Assembly: GCA_964397045.1 (NCBI GenBank)
Contig: CAYNHF010000049.1
Span: forward strand, 1,027-65,026
DNA: 64,000 nt
Reading direction: 5' to 3'
Origin: an uncultured Acidimicrobiaceae bacterium
GTDB lineage: Bacteria > Actinomycetota > Acidimicrobiia > Spongiisociales > UBA5794
Part shown: positions 18,566-29,167 of the stretch, piece by piece
Layout of the letters: each line of letters opens with the position of its first letter
Position numbering within the stretch: the first letter of the stretch is position 1
The notes under the pieces: generated by a model
Seen by the model: the letters and a program-made list of their open reading frames with translations, nothing else
What the model was told of the DNA's origin: nothing
The model's database searches: none
Position numbers and translations under genes: made by a program

Positions 18566-18634
18566 GCGAGATGGCGGCGCACACCCGAGGCAGACCGGGA
18601 GAAGCAATCGGTTTCCACGTGTCCGGAGGAGAAC

Positions 18635-19858
18635 GTGAAGGTTCATGAGTACCAGGCCAAAGCCTTGATGCAATCCTTCGGGATCCCGGTGCCGCTCGGC
18701 AGCCCGGCAACCACCGTTCAGGAGGCGGTGGAGGCGGTGCGGCCGCTCATTGAGGAAAGCGGCAATCCGGTCGTGGTCGTGAAGACCCAGATACACGCCG
18801 GAGGACGCGGCAAAGGCCGGTTCGTCGAACACCCGGACCTCGGTGGCGTCACCGTGGTCACCGCAGGGATCGAGGGAGGCGTCGCGGCGGCGGAGACCGA
18901 GGTGCGCTCCCTGGCCGAGCAGATGCTGGGCAGCACACTGGTCACCGTCCAGACTGGGTCGGCAGGCAAACGAGTGAACCGGCTGTACATCGAGCAGGGC
19001 ATCGACATCGATCGCGAACTCTATCTGTCCGTGCTGCTCGACCGTGCCGTGAGTCGCAACATCATCATGGCCTCCACCGAGGGAGGGACCGAGATCGAAG
19101 AGGTCGCGGCATCAACCCCGGAGAAGATCTTGCGAGCCGAGATCGACCCTGCGTACGGATTGCTCGACTATCAGGCGCGGGACCTTGCTCACAGCCTGGG
19201 ACTCACCGGGCAAGCGGCCCGCAATGGAGCAGAGTTCATGGCGACCCTCGCCGCGGCGGCGGTTGATCTCGACTCGGATTTGATCGAGATCAACCCGCTC
19301 GTCGTCACCACCGAAGGCGAGGTGATGGCGCTCGACGCCAAGATGGGGTTCGATCCGAACGCGCTGTATCGCCATGCCGCGGTCGAAGCCATGCGAGATG
19401 AGAGTGAAGAGGACCCTGCCGAGCGCGAAGCTGCGGAGTTCGACCTTTCGTTCATCAAGCTGGATGGCAGCATCGGGTGCATGGTCAATGGCGCCGGCCT
19501 GGCCATGGCGACCATGGACATCATCAAGTACGTCGGGGGTGAGCCGGCCAACTTCCTCGACGTGGGAGGTGGCGCCACGGCAGAGAAGGTGGCCGCAGCA
19601 TTCAAGATCATCACCCGTGATCCCAATGTGAAGGGCATCTTCGTGAACATCTTCGGTGGCATCATGCGCTGCGACACGATCGCAGAAGGGATCGTGGACG
19701 CGGTCAGGGAAGTGGGGCTCGAGGTGCCACTGGTAGTGAGGCTCGAAGGCACCAATGTCGAACTCGGCAAGCAGATTCTGGACGAGTCGGGCCTTGCTGT
19801 GGTGAGTGCCACAGACATGAAGGACGGGGCGAACAAGATCCTGGAACTGGCGCCATGA
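18635..19858 (+). CDS. sucC: Succinyl-CoA synthetase beta subunit
   Basis: N-terminal [12 protein letters not shown]-grasp and CoA-ligase domains. GTG start after a GGAGGA RBS. Confidence 0.9.
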   Translation: MKVHEYQAKALMQSFGIPVPLGSPATTVQEAVEAVRPLIEESGNPVVVVKTQIHAGGRGKGRFVEHPDLGGVTVVTAGIEGGVAAAETEVRSLAEQMLGSTLVTVQTGSAGKRVNRLYIEQGIDIDRELYLSVLLDRAVSRNIIMASTEGGTEIEEVAASTPEKILRAEIDPAYGLLDYQARDLAHSLGLTGQAARNGAEFMATLAAAAVDLDSDLIEINPLVVTTEGEVMALDAKMGFDPNALYRHAAVEAMRDESEEDPAEREAAEFDLSFIKLDGSIGCMVNGAGLAMATMDIIKYVGGEPANFLDVGGGATAEKVAAAFKIITRDPNVKGIFVNIFGGIMRCDTIAEGIVDAVREVGLEVPLVVRLEGTNVELGKQILDESGLAVVSATDMKDGANKILELAP

Positions 19859-20784
19859 GCGTGCTGGTAGACAAGGACACCCGGGTCATCGTGCAGGGAA
19901 TGGGCAACACCGGCCGGTTCCACACCGACACCGCAATCGCATACGGCACGCAGATGGTGGGTGCGGTCCACCCTTCGAAAGCAGGAACGACCGAACGGTT
20001 CACCGGTCCCACCGACCACTCGGGGGTGCCGGGACGTCCCGACACGTACGACGTGGAGGTTCCGATCTATCGCACCGTCGGCGAAGCAGTGGCGGCGACG
20101 GGGGCGACGGCGTCGGTCATCTATGTGCCGCCACCGTTCGCAGCCGATGCGATCGCCGAAGCTGCAGCTGCGGGAGTAAGTCTCGTAGTTTGCATCACCG
20201 AAGGCATTCCGGTGGCAGACATGGTCGTGACCAAGCGGATTCTCAGCGACACCGCGACCCGCCTGGTGGGCCCCAACTGCCCCGGCGTCATCACACCCGA
20301 GGAATGCAAAATCGGCATCATGCCGGGGTACATTCACAACCCGGGTCGCGTCGGGGTGGTCAGCCGCTCCGGCACGCTCACGTACGAGGCGGTTCATCAG
20401 CTCACCCGCAACGGCCTCGGCCAGACCACCGCAATCGGAATCGGTGGCGATCCCGTCAACGGGACCAACTTCATCGACTGCCTGGACCTGTTCAACCAGG
20501 ACCCGGCGACCCACGGGGCGATCATGATCGGTGAGATCGGGGGCACCGCTGAGGAGGAAGCGGCAGCATGGATCGCAACCAACATGACCAAACCCGTCGC
20601 CGCGTTCATCGCGGGTACGACGGCACCTGCCGGCAAACGAATGGGCCATGCCGGGGCGATCATCTCAGGCGGCAAGGGCACGGCTGCAGACAAGATCCGC
20701 GCCCTGGAAGGTGCCGGCGTCCTGATGGCCGCCACCCCGACCGACATGGGCAGCGCCATGCTCGAGGCTATGAACGGCAGATGA
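19855..20784 (+). CDS. sucD: Succinyl-CoA synthetase alpha subunit
   Basis: CoA-binding and catalytic-His region (GTNFIDC...; SRSGTLTYE). The start overlaps the sucC stop (ATGA). Confidence 0.9.
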   Translation: MSVLVDKDTRVIVQGMGNTGRFHTDTAIAYGTQMVGAVHPSKAGTTERFTGPTDHSGVPGRPDTYDVEVPIYRTVGEAVAATGATASVIYVPPPFAADAIAEAAAAGVSLVVCITEGIPVADMVVTKRILSDTATRLVGPNCPGVITPEECKIGIMPGYIHNPGRVGVVSRSGTLTYEAVHQLTRNGLGQTTAIGIGGDPVNGTNFIDCLDLFNQDPATHGAIMIGEIGGTAEEEAAAWIATNMTKPVAAFIAGTTAPAGKRMGHAGAIISGGKGTAADKIRALEGAGVLMAATPTDMGSAMLEAMNGR

Positions 20785-20794
20785 GTACCACTCG

Positions 20795-21406
20795 ATGACC
20801 CAGCTGCTGGCCGGGCTTTCGCTCGGCCTTGCTGCCGGCCTCAGCCCGGGTCCGCTCCAGACCCTGATCGTGACATCGACGCTGCAGCGCGGCTTCAGCG
20901 CCGGCTGGCGGGTCGCGATCGCGCCCCTCGTCACCGACGTCCCCATCGTGCTGCTCTCGCTCTTCCTCGTCGGCACGATCCCCACACCGTGGGCTCGCGG
21001 CCTGGGTATTGCAGGCGGCATCCTCGTTGTCTCCTTCGGTGTATGGGAGATCAGTCGAGCGCGCCAATCGGCGCAACAGCCCGAGACGGTGGATACGGGT
21101 TCGTCCGGTGACGTCTGGCGAGGCGCGGCAGTGAACCTATTCAGCCCCCATCCCTGGCTGTTCTGGATAGCTGCCGGGGCCCCTTTCCTCCTCGAGGCGT
21201 GGGAGGAGTCGCCTTCGCTCGCAGTCGCATTCCTGGCGGGCTTCTACGCGACCCTGATCGGCTCCAAGCTCGGTTTGGCATGGGTTGTGGCTGTAGGCCG
21301 CAGGCACCTATCGCCCGTCTGGCGCTTCCGGTTGGTCGTGCTGGGAGGTGGATTGCTCATCGTCGGCGGCGCGCTGTTGTTGGTGGCGGGTCTGCAATCG
21401 GCATGA
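20795..21406 (+). CDS. LysE/RhtB-family amino-acid exporter
   Basis: 203 aa, six predicted TM segments, N-terminal GLSPGP motif typical of the LysE translocator family. Confidence 0.65.
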   Translation: MTQLLAGLSLGLAAGLSPGPLQTLIVTSTLQRGFSAGWRVAIAPLVTDVPIVLLSLFLVGTIPTPWARGLGIAGGILVVSFGVWEISRARQSAQQPETVDTGSSGDVWRGAAVNLFSPHPWLFWIAAGAPFLLEAWEESPSLAVAFLAGFYATLIGSKLGLAWVVAVGRRHLSPVWRFRLVVLGGGLLIVGGALLLVAGLQSA

Positions 21407-21455
21407 GCGGTCGTGGATAGGCCGGGGACCCTCGTAGCATCTGGCTCGATCCACC

Positions 21456-22514
21456 TTGGCACTTTCCAACGCATCCCGTGTAGCTCTTCTGGCCGTAGTT
21501 GCCGCTGTTCTCTTGGCGGCTTGCAGCGACGCGGATGCTGTGCCCTCTCCCAGTGCCACCACCTCACCGACCGCACCTGCATCGACGACGACAACGTCCA
21601 CGGCGGCTCCGGTGACGACCACGTCTCCTCCTCCCACCCCGACGACTGCTACGTCGGAGCCGCCTCCCCCCACCACAACATCGACGACCACCAGCACGAC
21701 GACCACGACGACCCTCTCGCCCCCTGAGGCCCGTACCGAGCGCCTCACCCTGCAGGTGGGTGGCCGCAGCCGCGAGTACGTGCTCTTCATTCCTGAGGGC
21801 CTTGGGCCCGGACCCCATCCCCTCGTGGTCGACTTCCACGGGCTCACCGACTCCGGCGAAGGCCACGATTCACTTTCCAGGATGCGAGCGAAAGGCGAGG
21901 CGGAGGGATTCATCGTGGCGCAGCCGGACGGTGCTCTGCTCGGCAACAGCTGGGATGTCCTGGCTGACTCCTCTGACGTGCCCTTCGTGCGCACATTGCT
22001 CGCAGACGTCGAGAGTCGAGTACCGATCGACCCGAAGCGCACCTTTGCCACCGGATTCTCGGCGGGTGGGGGACTGGTCAACCGTCTGGCTTGCGAGGCA
22101 TCCGATATGTTTGCTGCCGTCGGCGCCGTCGCCGGGAGCTACCTCGCGCCGGGGAACTGCGTTCCGACCCGTCCTGTACCGTTCGCCGCCTTCCATGGGG
22201 ACGAGGATCTCGTGGTTCCTTACAACGGCGGCCTCGCCGTCTTTCCCTCGGTGCCCGCCTGGGCCCAGGCATGGGCGGATCGCAACGGCTGCACCTCGGC
22301 GCCTGCGCGTTCTGAAGTCACGAGCGATGTGGTTGTGGACGAGTGGCAGGACTGCAGCAACCGCGCCACCGTCAGGTTCTACACGGTGCGAGGCGGGGGC
22401 CACGATTGGCCGGGTCCCGGTTCGAGTGGAGGGATCCTCCAGACGACGGAGTCGATTTCGGCGACGGATCTTCTGTGGGAGTTCTTCATTGCTCACCCGC
22501 GGCAGGACGGCTGA
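21456..22514 (+). CDS. Secreted lipoprotein esterase, PHB-depolymerase/feruloyl-esterase-like alpha/beta hydrolase with Thr/Pro-rich linker
   Basis: TTG start; signal peptide with lipobox LLAACS; ~60-aa T/P/S low-complexity linker; GFSAGGG nucleophile elbow (GxSxG). Confidence 0.6.
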   Translation: MALSNASRVALLAVVAAVLLAACSDADAVPSPSATTSPTAPASTTTTSTAAPVTTTSPPPTPTTATSEPPPPTTTSTTTSTTTTTTLSPPEARTERLTLQVGGRSREYVLFIPEGLGPGPHPLVVDFHGLTDSGEGHDSLSRMRAKGEAEGFIVAQPDGALLGNSWDVLADSSDVPFVRTLLADVESRVPIDPKRTFATGFSAGGGLVNRLACEASDMFAAVGAVAGSYLAPGNCVPTRPVPFAAFHGDEDLVVPYNGGLAVFPSVPAWAQAWADRNGCTSAPARSEVTSDVVVDEWQDCSNRATVRFYTVRGGGHDWPGPGSSGGILQTTESISATDLLWEFFIAHPRQDG

Positions 22515-22562
22515 ACCCACCAGATTCGGGCCCAAACTCGGCCGCCTAGTCTGACATCACCA

Positions 22563-23195
22563 ATGGTTGACGACGTATCCGCCCGCCTACCCATCGCCGT
22601 CCTTGCCTCGGGCAGCGGCAGCAACCTGCAGGCGCTGGTAGACGCTTGCGCAGCTCCCGACTTCGGTGCCACGGTCACCGTGGTGATTGCAGACCGCCCG
22701 GAGATTCGGGCCCTGTATCGTGCGACAGCAGCCGGGATCCCCGCGCGTGTCGTGCCTTGGCAGGACTTCGCGAACCGCGAGGAGTTCACTACAGCCGTGT
22801 GCGACGCCGCCGCGGCGTCCGGAGCCGAGGTGCTCGTCCTCGCCGGGTTCATGCGGGTGCTCTCCGGGGTGGCTATGGAGCGCTTCCCGAATCGAATTCT
22901 CAACACCCATCCCTCCCTGCTTCCCTCCTTCCCTGGGGCCCATGCGGTCGAGGATGCGCTGGCCCACGGCGTGAAATGCACCGGCATGACCATCCATTTC
23001 GTGGACGAGCAGGTCGACCACGGCGCGATCGTCTATCAGGAGGCGGTGGCGGTGCACCCAGATGACACCGCGGCATCGGTGACCGCCCGCATTCAGGCGA
23101 TCGAACATCGGGCATACCCGCAAGTTGTACGAGCGCTCGCCGCAGGAAAACTCCGGGTCGAGGGCCGCATCGTCTCCTGGGAGGGAGCACCATGA
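22563..23195 (+). CDS. purN: Phosphoribosylglycinamide formyltransferase
   Basis: IAVLASGSGSNLQAL N-terminus and formyl-transferase catalytic region (HPSLLPSFPG). Confidence 0.9.
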   Translation: MVDDVSARLPIAVLASGSGSNLQALVDACAAPDFGATVTVVIADRPEIRALYRATAAGIPARVVPWQDFANREEFTTAVCDAAAASGAEVLVLAGFMRVLSGVAMERFPNRILNTHPSLLPSFPGAHAVEDALAHGVKCTGMTIHFVDEQVDHGAIVYQEAVAVHPDDTAASVTARIQAIEHRAYPQVVRALAAGKLRVEGRIVSWEGAP

Positions 23196-24724
23196 GTCGA
23201 CTGATCGTTCGCCGGGCCTTGCTCAGTGTCTCGGACAAGTCGGGGCTGGTTCCATTCGCCACCGGGCTGAACGCCGCCGGGGTCACTCTGGTCTCTTCCG
23301 GCGGCACCGCCGCGGCGCTCGTCGAAGCCGGGATTCCTGTTATCCCGGTTGCAGAGGCCACCGGATCACCCGAGATGCTCGGGGGTCGCGTCAAGACGCT
23401 ACATCCCCGCATCCATGGCGGCATCCTGGCGGACCCGACCAATCCAGACCATCTCGAGGATCTTCAAGCAGCCGGCATCGAGCCGTTTCAACTCGTCGTG
23501 GTGAACCTCTACCCCTTCGAAGTGACCGCGGCCTCCGCCGATGCCACCGCAGGCGATGTCATCGAGCAGATCGACATCGGTGGACCTGCCATGATCCGGT
23601 CCGCCGCGAAGAACCATCGCCATGTCGCAGTTGTCACCGACCCCGGCCAGTACGCCCCCGTGCTCGGAGCCATAACCAGCGGCGGGATCGACGTAGCATT
23701 TCGGCAGGACCTGGCCACTGCAGCGTTCTACCGTACCGGCCGCTACGACGCAGCCATCCTCAGTTGGTTCGAGCGTGATACTGAGCCCCCGTCGCGCATG
23801 ATTCTGGCCCTCGAGCGACGCGATGAGCTGCGCTACGGGGAGAACCCCCATCAAGCAGCCGCCGCCTACGCGGCCGCCTCCGCCGGTCCGTGGTGGGTAG
23901 AGGCAGATCAGCTCCAGGGCAAGGCGATGTCGTTCAACAACTACCTCGACGCCGAGGCTGCCTGGCGGATGGCCAATGACTTCGAAGCGCCCGCCGCGGT
24001 GGTGGTGAAACACGCCAACCCGTGCGGGTTGGCCGTTCGGCCGGACCTGGAGGAGGCGTTCAGGGCCGCATGGGAGTGCGATCCACTCTCTGCATTCGGC
24101 GGCATCGTTGCTGTGAACCGGGCACTCGACGCCCCAACCGCCGCACGAATCGCTGCGGCGGGGTTCGTCGAGGTGGTCGTAGCCCCAGACGTGACGACCG
24201 GCGCCCGTGAGGAGCTGGCCGGCAAGCAGAATCTGCGTCTGCTGCAGGCACCACCCCCCGACCCCGCAGACTCCGACTTGCGTCGAATCGAGGGTGGATT
24301 CGTGATCCAGGGGCGCGATCGGTTGCGCCCGGGCCGCGAGCACTGGGAAGTGGTCAGCCGCCGAGCACCCGAACCGGAGGAGGCGGAGAGCCTGGACTTC
24401 GCCTGGACGGTGGCCGCGCACGCGAAGTCCAATGCGATCGTTGTGGCCAAGGACCTGGCCGCGGTCGGCGTCGGAGCCGGCGATCAGAGCAGGGTGGGCG
24501 CCGCGGAGCGGGCCATCGCCAAGGCAGGCGAGCGAACCCGCGGAGCGGTGGCGGCGAGTGATGCATTCCTTCCGTTTCGCGACACGCTCGATACGCTGGC
24601 ATCATCAGGGGTCACCGCGGTCATTGAACCGGGTGGCTCAAAACGTGACGCCGAGGTGATCGCCGCCGCCGATGAGCACGGTGTTGCCCTGGTATTCACC
24701 GGGAGGAGGCATTTCAGACATTGA
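23192..24724 (+). CDS. purH: Bifunctional AICAR transformylase / IMP cyclohydrolase
   Basis: MGS-like N-terminal domain (ALLSVSDKSGL) followed by the AICARFT domain; 510 aa. Overlaps purN and folD by 4 nt each. Confidence 0.9.
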   Translation: MSRLIVRRALLSVSDKSGLVPFATGLNAAGVTLVSSGGTAAALVEAGIPVIPVAEATGSPEMLGGRVKTLHPRIHGGILADPTNPDHLEDLQAAGIEPFQLVVVNLYPFEVTAASADATAGDVIEQIDIGGPAMIRSAAKNHRHVAVVTDPGQYAPVLGAITSGGIDVAFRQDLATAAFYRTGRYDAAILSWFERDTEPPSRMILALERRDELRYGENPHQAAAAYAAASAGPWWVEADQLQGKAMSFNNYLDAEAAWRMANDFEAPAAVVVKHANPCGLAVRPDLEEAFRAAWECDPLSAFGGIVAVNRALDAPTAARIAAAGFVEVVVAPDVTTGAREELAGKQNLRLLQAPPPDPADSDLRRIEGGFVIQGRDRLRPGREHWEVVSRRAPEPEEAESLDFAWTVAAHAKSNAIVVAKDLAAVGVGAGDQSRVGAAERAIAKAGERTRGAVAASDAFLPFRDTLDTLASSGVTAVIEPGGSKRDAEVIAAADEHGVALVFTGRRHFRH

Positions 24725-25584
24725 GCGCCATCATGCTCTCGGGCAAGGAAGTGGCCGCATCGGTCAGAGCAGACGTGAAAGACAGGGTCGCGGCGCTCGC
24801 CGCGCAAGATCGCACTGTTGGACTCGCCACCGTGATGGTCGGTGAAGATCCGGCCTCGCAGGTGTATGTCCGTAACAAGCACCGGGCAGCAGAGGCGGCG
24901 GGAATGCTGTCGTTCGATATCCACTTGCCCATCGATTCGTCCCAAGCACAGATCGAGGATCAGATTCGGGTACTCAACGCGGACCCTCAGGTCGATGGGA
25001 TGATCGTCCAACTGCCGCTTCCCGGTGACCTGGACGGGAACCACGCCGTAGCCACCGTCGATCCCGCGAAGGACGCAGACGGCCTGCATCCGTACAACCT
25101 GGGACTGCTGGTACTCGAACGAGAAGGTCCCCGTCCGGCGACCCCGAGCGGGATCATGCGCATCCTCGACTACTACGACATCGACGTGGCAGGGAAGTTC
25201 GCGGTGGTGGTGGGGCGGTCGTTTCTGGTTGGTCGTCCCATCGTACTGATGCTGGGAGCCAAGGGCACGGATGCCACTGCGGTCCAGGCCCACTCTCGCA
25301 CCGCAGATCTCACGAACCTCACGCGGGCCGCGGACCTTCTGGTGGTTGCTGTGGGTAGGGCAGAGATGATCAAGGGTGAGGATGTGAAACCGGGGGCAAC
25401 GGTCATCGACGTCGGGATCAACCGCACCGAGGCCGGCCTCGTGGGCGATATCCACTTCGACTCCGTGGCGCAGGTGGCAGGAGCCATCACGCCCGTTCCC
25501 GGCGGGGTCGGCCCGATGACTATCGCCTCGCTGCTCGCCAACACCGTCGAGGCCGCCGAGCGCACCGCGGGTGTAGCCCCCTAA
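24721..25584 (+). CDS. folD: Methylenetetrahydrofolate dehydrogenase / methenyl-THF cyclohydrolase
   Basis: Typical FolD blocks (YVRNKHRAAEAAG, GRSFLVGRPI, PGGVGPMT). The start may be TTG at 24721 or ATG at 24733. Confidence 0.9.
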   Translation: MSAIMLSGKEVAASVRADVKDRVAALAAQDRTVGLATVMVGEDPASQVYVRNKHRAAEAAGMLSFDIHLPIDSSQAQIEDQIRVLNADPQVDGMIVQLPLPGDLDGNHAVATVDPAKDADGLHPYNLGLLVLEREGPRPATPSGIMRILDYYDIDVAGKFAVVVGRSFLVGRPIVLMLGAKGTDATAVQAHSRTADLTNLTRAADLLVVAVGRAEMIKGEDVKPGATVIDVGINRTEAGLVGDIHFDSVAQVAGAITPVPGGVGPMTIASLLANTVEAAERTAGVAP

Positions 25585-25942
25585 CACCCATGGAGCCCTA
25601 CCGCGAAGCGCGGCGGTACCAGCGGGACTGGCCCCGGATCCCTATCCGAGGCCCCTCGCGTGGGTCCCGGTGGGTTCCGACAGCAGAGGTGAGCCCGCTC
25701 CAACCCGGCTCCGGCAGTGCTCCCTGCTCGTCTGTCACGATGAGCAGGCAACCGCGATCGAATTCATGAGTTCTGTCCCGCACGGCTCAGCGCGAGGCCG
25801 ACGGTTGGTCGAAACCGCCAACCACCCGCCTTCCGGGACGTGGCTATTCACAAATGGCTCTTAGGAACCACGGTTTCTGCTGCCGATCTCACTAGTGAAC
25901 ACGCGGCAATTGAGGGCCACGTTCGACCGCCAAGGAGCACTC

Positions 25943-27676
25943 ATGGACGACTCGCTGTCCGATTCACGAATCGCAATCGTTGGGATGACGACCGACAGAC
26001 AGGATTGGGCGTTCATCGCGCTGATTGGAGCATCGATCCTGTCCGGGCTCATTCTGGGCTTCCCAATCCTCGAATCGGACTTCGCCTTTGACTTCTCTCA
26101 AATCGCGTATCTCGTGATTCCCCTCGCGGCCGGCGTGGGGATGATTGCCGCGGCAGCTCAGCTGAGAGGGCAGGACCGGATCGCCTGGGTCACGATCGGT
26201 GCCGGTGTGCTGTTGTGGGGTGTGGGTGAGATCATCTGGGTGTGGTACGAGTATGTGCTCTCGAGCGAGGTCCCCTATCCGGGATGGGCCGATGTTGCGT
26301 ATGTCGCGGGTTATCCGGTCATGTTGGTGGGTATTCTTCTCCTTCCCCACGTCAGGCCTCTCCGGCTCGAACGGATTCGGATCACGGTTGATGCCATGGC
26401 CGGCACGGTGGCGGTGGCGGCCGTCATGTGGGTCACCTACCTGGCCGACCAGATCTACCTCGATCCCGACGCCGGCTTCTTCGAGCAGTTCGTCAACCTG
26501 ATGTATCCCCTGGGTGATGTGATCCTGCTCATCGCGGTGATGATTCTCGCGACCCGGCGCAGTATCCATCGGTTCGATATCCGTCTCCTCGCACTTGCCG
26601 TCGGCTTGCTCGTTACCGTGTTTGCCGACATCGTGTATGTGCTCCAGGTCGACGCCGGCACCTACGTGTCCGGTGGCGGGCTCGATTCATTGTGGTTGTT
26701 CGCCTACGGCGCCTTTGCTCTGGCGGGCTGGTACTTGCTGCGGCCGATCGCCGATCACGAGCAAACCGACCGTTCGCCTCACTACTGGCAGTTGGTGGCT
26801 CCGTACAGCGCGATCGCCATCCTCGTCGTTCTCACCCTGTGGCACGTCGGGGGGAATGGCTCGGTTTTGGAGATCGCCACCGCGCTTGTCGTATTGCTTG
26901 TAATTGTGCGCCAGGGAGTATCAATCAGAGAGAATCGGGAGCTGGTGGAGCAGCAACGGAACGATTTGATCGCCTCGATATCTCATGAGCTGCGTACTCC
27001 CATGACGTCGGTTAGCGGGTTTACCTCGCTCCTCGACGAAGACTGGGAGACGCTCGACCCGGCCGAAAGTGCCGAGATGGTGTCGATCGTCAACCGCCAG
27101 GCTCAGCACGTCAACCGGATCGTTACCGATCTCGTTGGTCTGGCTCGCGACACTCTCGATTTCCCCGATATCGAACTGGAGCCATGTGATCTAGCGAACA
27201 TCGTTGTGGATGCCGAGGCGATGCTCGGGAACCGGCTTCACGCGACCATTTCCGCAGACACCCACCTCGAATCCGGTCTCTGGGTCGAGGCCGACCTCCA
27301 CCGTCTCACCCAGGTCGTGATCAATCTGCTGACCAATGCGGTCCGGTACGGCAATGGCGAGATCCGTGTCGATGGTTTCGAAACGAACGGCAGCGTCATC
27401 CTGGAGATTCACGACGACGGACCGGGTATTCCCAAGCGATTCGAAGAGAGCATCTGGGAACGCTTCGAGCGGGGAGCGCACCGCTACGATGCAACAATTC
27501 CTGGCTCCGGGGTCGGTCTCCCGATCGCCCGCGCCCTGGTGGAAGCCCACGGTGGCAGGATCAGCCAGCGGCGCTCAGACCACCTCGGTGGCGCGTGTTT
27601 CGTCGTATCGCTGCCGATCGGCGGGTCTGATACCGCCGCGCTGGCTTCGACCGCGACTGCTCCCACCTCGATCTAA
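25943..27676 (+). CDS. Membrane sensor histidine kinase (multi-TM sensor, HisKA, HATPase), orphan
   Basis: About 8 TM helices N-terminally, H-box ISHELRTPMTS, N/G boxes (NLLTNAVRYG, GSGVGLPIARAL). AAGGAG RBS 7 nt before the ATG at 25943. No cognate response regulator is adjacent. Confidence 0.8.
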   Translation: MDDSLSDSRIAIVGMTTDRQDWAFIALIGASILSGLILGFPILESDFAFDFSQIAYLVIPLAAGVGMIAAAAQLRGQDRIAWVTIGAGVLLWGVGEIIWVWYEYVLSSEVPYPGWADVAYVAGYPVMLVGILLLPHVRPLRLERIRITVDAMAGTVAVAAVMWVTYLADQIYLDPDAGFFEQFVNLMYPLGDVILLIAVMILATRRSIHRFDIRLLALAVGLLVTVFADIVYVLQVDAGTYVSGGGLDSLWLFAYGAFALAGWYLLRPIADHEQTDRSPHYWQLVAPYSAIAILVVLTLWHVGGNGSVLEIATALVVLLVIVRQGVSIRENRELVEQQRNDLIASISHELRTPMTSVSGFTSLLDEDWETLDPAESAEMVSIVNRQAQHVNRIVTDLVGLARDTLDFPDIELEPCDLANIVVDAEAMLGNRLHATISADTHLESGLWVEADLHRLTQVVINLLTNAVRYGNGEIRVDGFETNGSVILEIHDDGPGIPKRFEESIWERFERGAHRYDATIPGSGVGLPIARALVEAHGGRISQRRSDHLGGACFVVSLPIGGSDTAALASTATAPTSI

Positions 27677-27792
27677 CGTCTGAGCTCGAATCGGCTCCGA
27701 GTGGGATCGGTTCTCGCAAAAGGCGTCTCGCGGAGGCGAGCTAGCCTGACACTTCGACCGGATTCAACCAGCTACAGGCGCGCGACAGGGGA

Positions 27793-29001
27793 GTGACGAT
27801 GGCAGATGTGATCACGATGGGACCCGAAGGCCTGGAGGTCCCCGACCAGCCGGTGCTGCCGTATATCGAGGGTGATGGGATCGGTCCCGACATCTGGCGC
27901 GCCGCCCGGCACGTGTTCGATTCGGCGGTGTCCACCGTCCACGGCGTTGAGCGCAAGGTGGAATGGCTCGAGGTGCTGGCAGGCCAGAAGGCGTTCGACG
28001 AAACCGGCGAGTGGTTGCCCGAAGCCACGGTCGACACGTTCCGTTCCCACCTGGTGGGGATCAAGGGTCCGTTGACGACACCGGTCGGCGGCGGGATCCG
28101 AAGCCTCAACGTTGCGCTCCGACAGATTCTCGACCTGTACGTATGCTTGCGCCCGGTCAAGTGGTACCAGGGTGTGCCGTCACCTGTGAAACACCCGGAG
28201 CTGGTGGACATGGTCATCTTTCGGGAGAACACCGAGGATGTGTACGCAGGTAAGGAACTCGAGGCGGACACCGAGGGTGCCCGACAGCTTCTTGACTTCG
28301 TGCGGGAAACCTACGGTTGGGACATCCGTCCGGACAGCGGTCTGGGCCTGAAGCCGATCTCGCGGGAGGGGTCGCGCCGGCTGATTCGGGCCGCTCTCCA
28401 ATACGCCCTGACCAATCACCGCGATTCGTTGACGCTGGTACACAAGGGCAACATCATGAAATTCACCGAGGGTGCCTTTCGCGAGTGGGGGTATGAGTTG
28501 GTGGCCGAAGAGTTCTCGGAAGTCGCGGTGTCCTGGGCGGACTCCGGGGGAGCTTCCGGAGAGAAGCTGCTGGTGAAGGACTCGATCGCAGATGCGTTTC
28601 TGCAGCAGATCCTGACCAGGCCCGCCGAATACGACGTGGTGGCCACCATGAACCTCAACGGCGACTACATCTCCGACGCCCTGGCCGCTCAGGTCGGTGG
28701 GATCGGCATCGCTCCCGGCGGCAATATCAACTACGAGACGGGCCACGCCATCTTCGAGGCGACCCACGGCACCGCCCCGAAGTACGCCGGCATGGACAAG
28801 GTGAACCCGGGGTCGGTGATCCTGTCTGGGGCCAACATGTTCCGCTACATGGGCTGGAACGAGGTGGCGGACCGCATCGAGGCCAGCCTGGAGGCCGCAG
28901 TGATGGACGGCATCGTCACCTACGACTTTGCCCGGCTCATGGAGGAAGCCACCGAGGTCAAGACCAGCGAGTTTGCCGAGGCGATGGTCGATCGTATCTA
29001 G
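27793..29001 (+). CDS. icd: Isocitrate dehydrogenase (NADP-dependent, prokaryotic homodimeric type)
   Basis: [11 protein letters not shown]-terminal motif and the isocitrate/isopropylmalate dehydrogenase signature region ([25 protein letters not shown]). Confidence 0.9.
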   Translation: MTMADVITMGPEGLEVPDQPVLPYIEGDGIGPDIWRAARHVFDSAVSTVHGVERKVEWLEVLAGQKAFDETGEWLPEATVDTFRSHLVGIKGPLTTPVGGGIRSLNVALRQILDLYVCLRPVKWYQGVPSPVKHPELVDMVIFRENTEDVYAGKELEADTEGARQLLDFVRETYGWDIRPDSGLGLKPISREGSRRLIRAALQYALTNHRDSLTLVHKGNIMKFTEGAFREWGYELVAEEFSEVAVSWADSGGASGEKLLVKDSIADAFLQQILTRPAEYDVVATMNLNGDYISDALAAQVGGIGIAPGGNINYETGHAIFEATHGTAPKYAGMDKVNPGSVILSGANMFRYMGWNEVADRIEASLEAAVMDGIVTYDFARLMEEATEVKTSEFAEAMVDRI

Positions 29002-29167
29002 ACGATTGCGGTGGGGAACCGACAGGGGCGCCGGCGCGGCAACCGGCGACGCCTCGTTTTGCGGGCCCCCTCGTGGGGTTTCCGGTAGCTGCCTCGAGCG
29101 ACGGATTTGGCCGCCTCCAGCCGAACTAGCCTGCGCGTGTCCCTGAAGTGACACGAGGAGTTGGCTC

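Noticed and set aside
19189-20649. 486-aa ORF on the - strand
   Set aside because: It is antisense to sucC/sucD, which are unambiguous; Ser/Ala/Arg-rich low-complexity translation.
22515-22562. ZTP (pfl) riboswitch expected upstream of purN/purH/folD
   Set aside because: The intergenic space is only 48 nt. It lacks the conserved UGGCG...CCGGGCAC and pseudoknot elements, so it is too short for the motif.
24484-25587. 367-aa ORF on the - strand
   Set aside because: It is antisense to folD and the purH 3' end, both with diagnostic motifs on the + strand.
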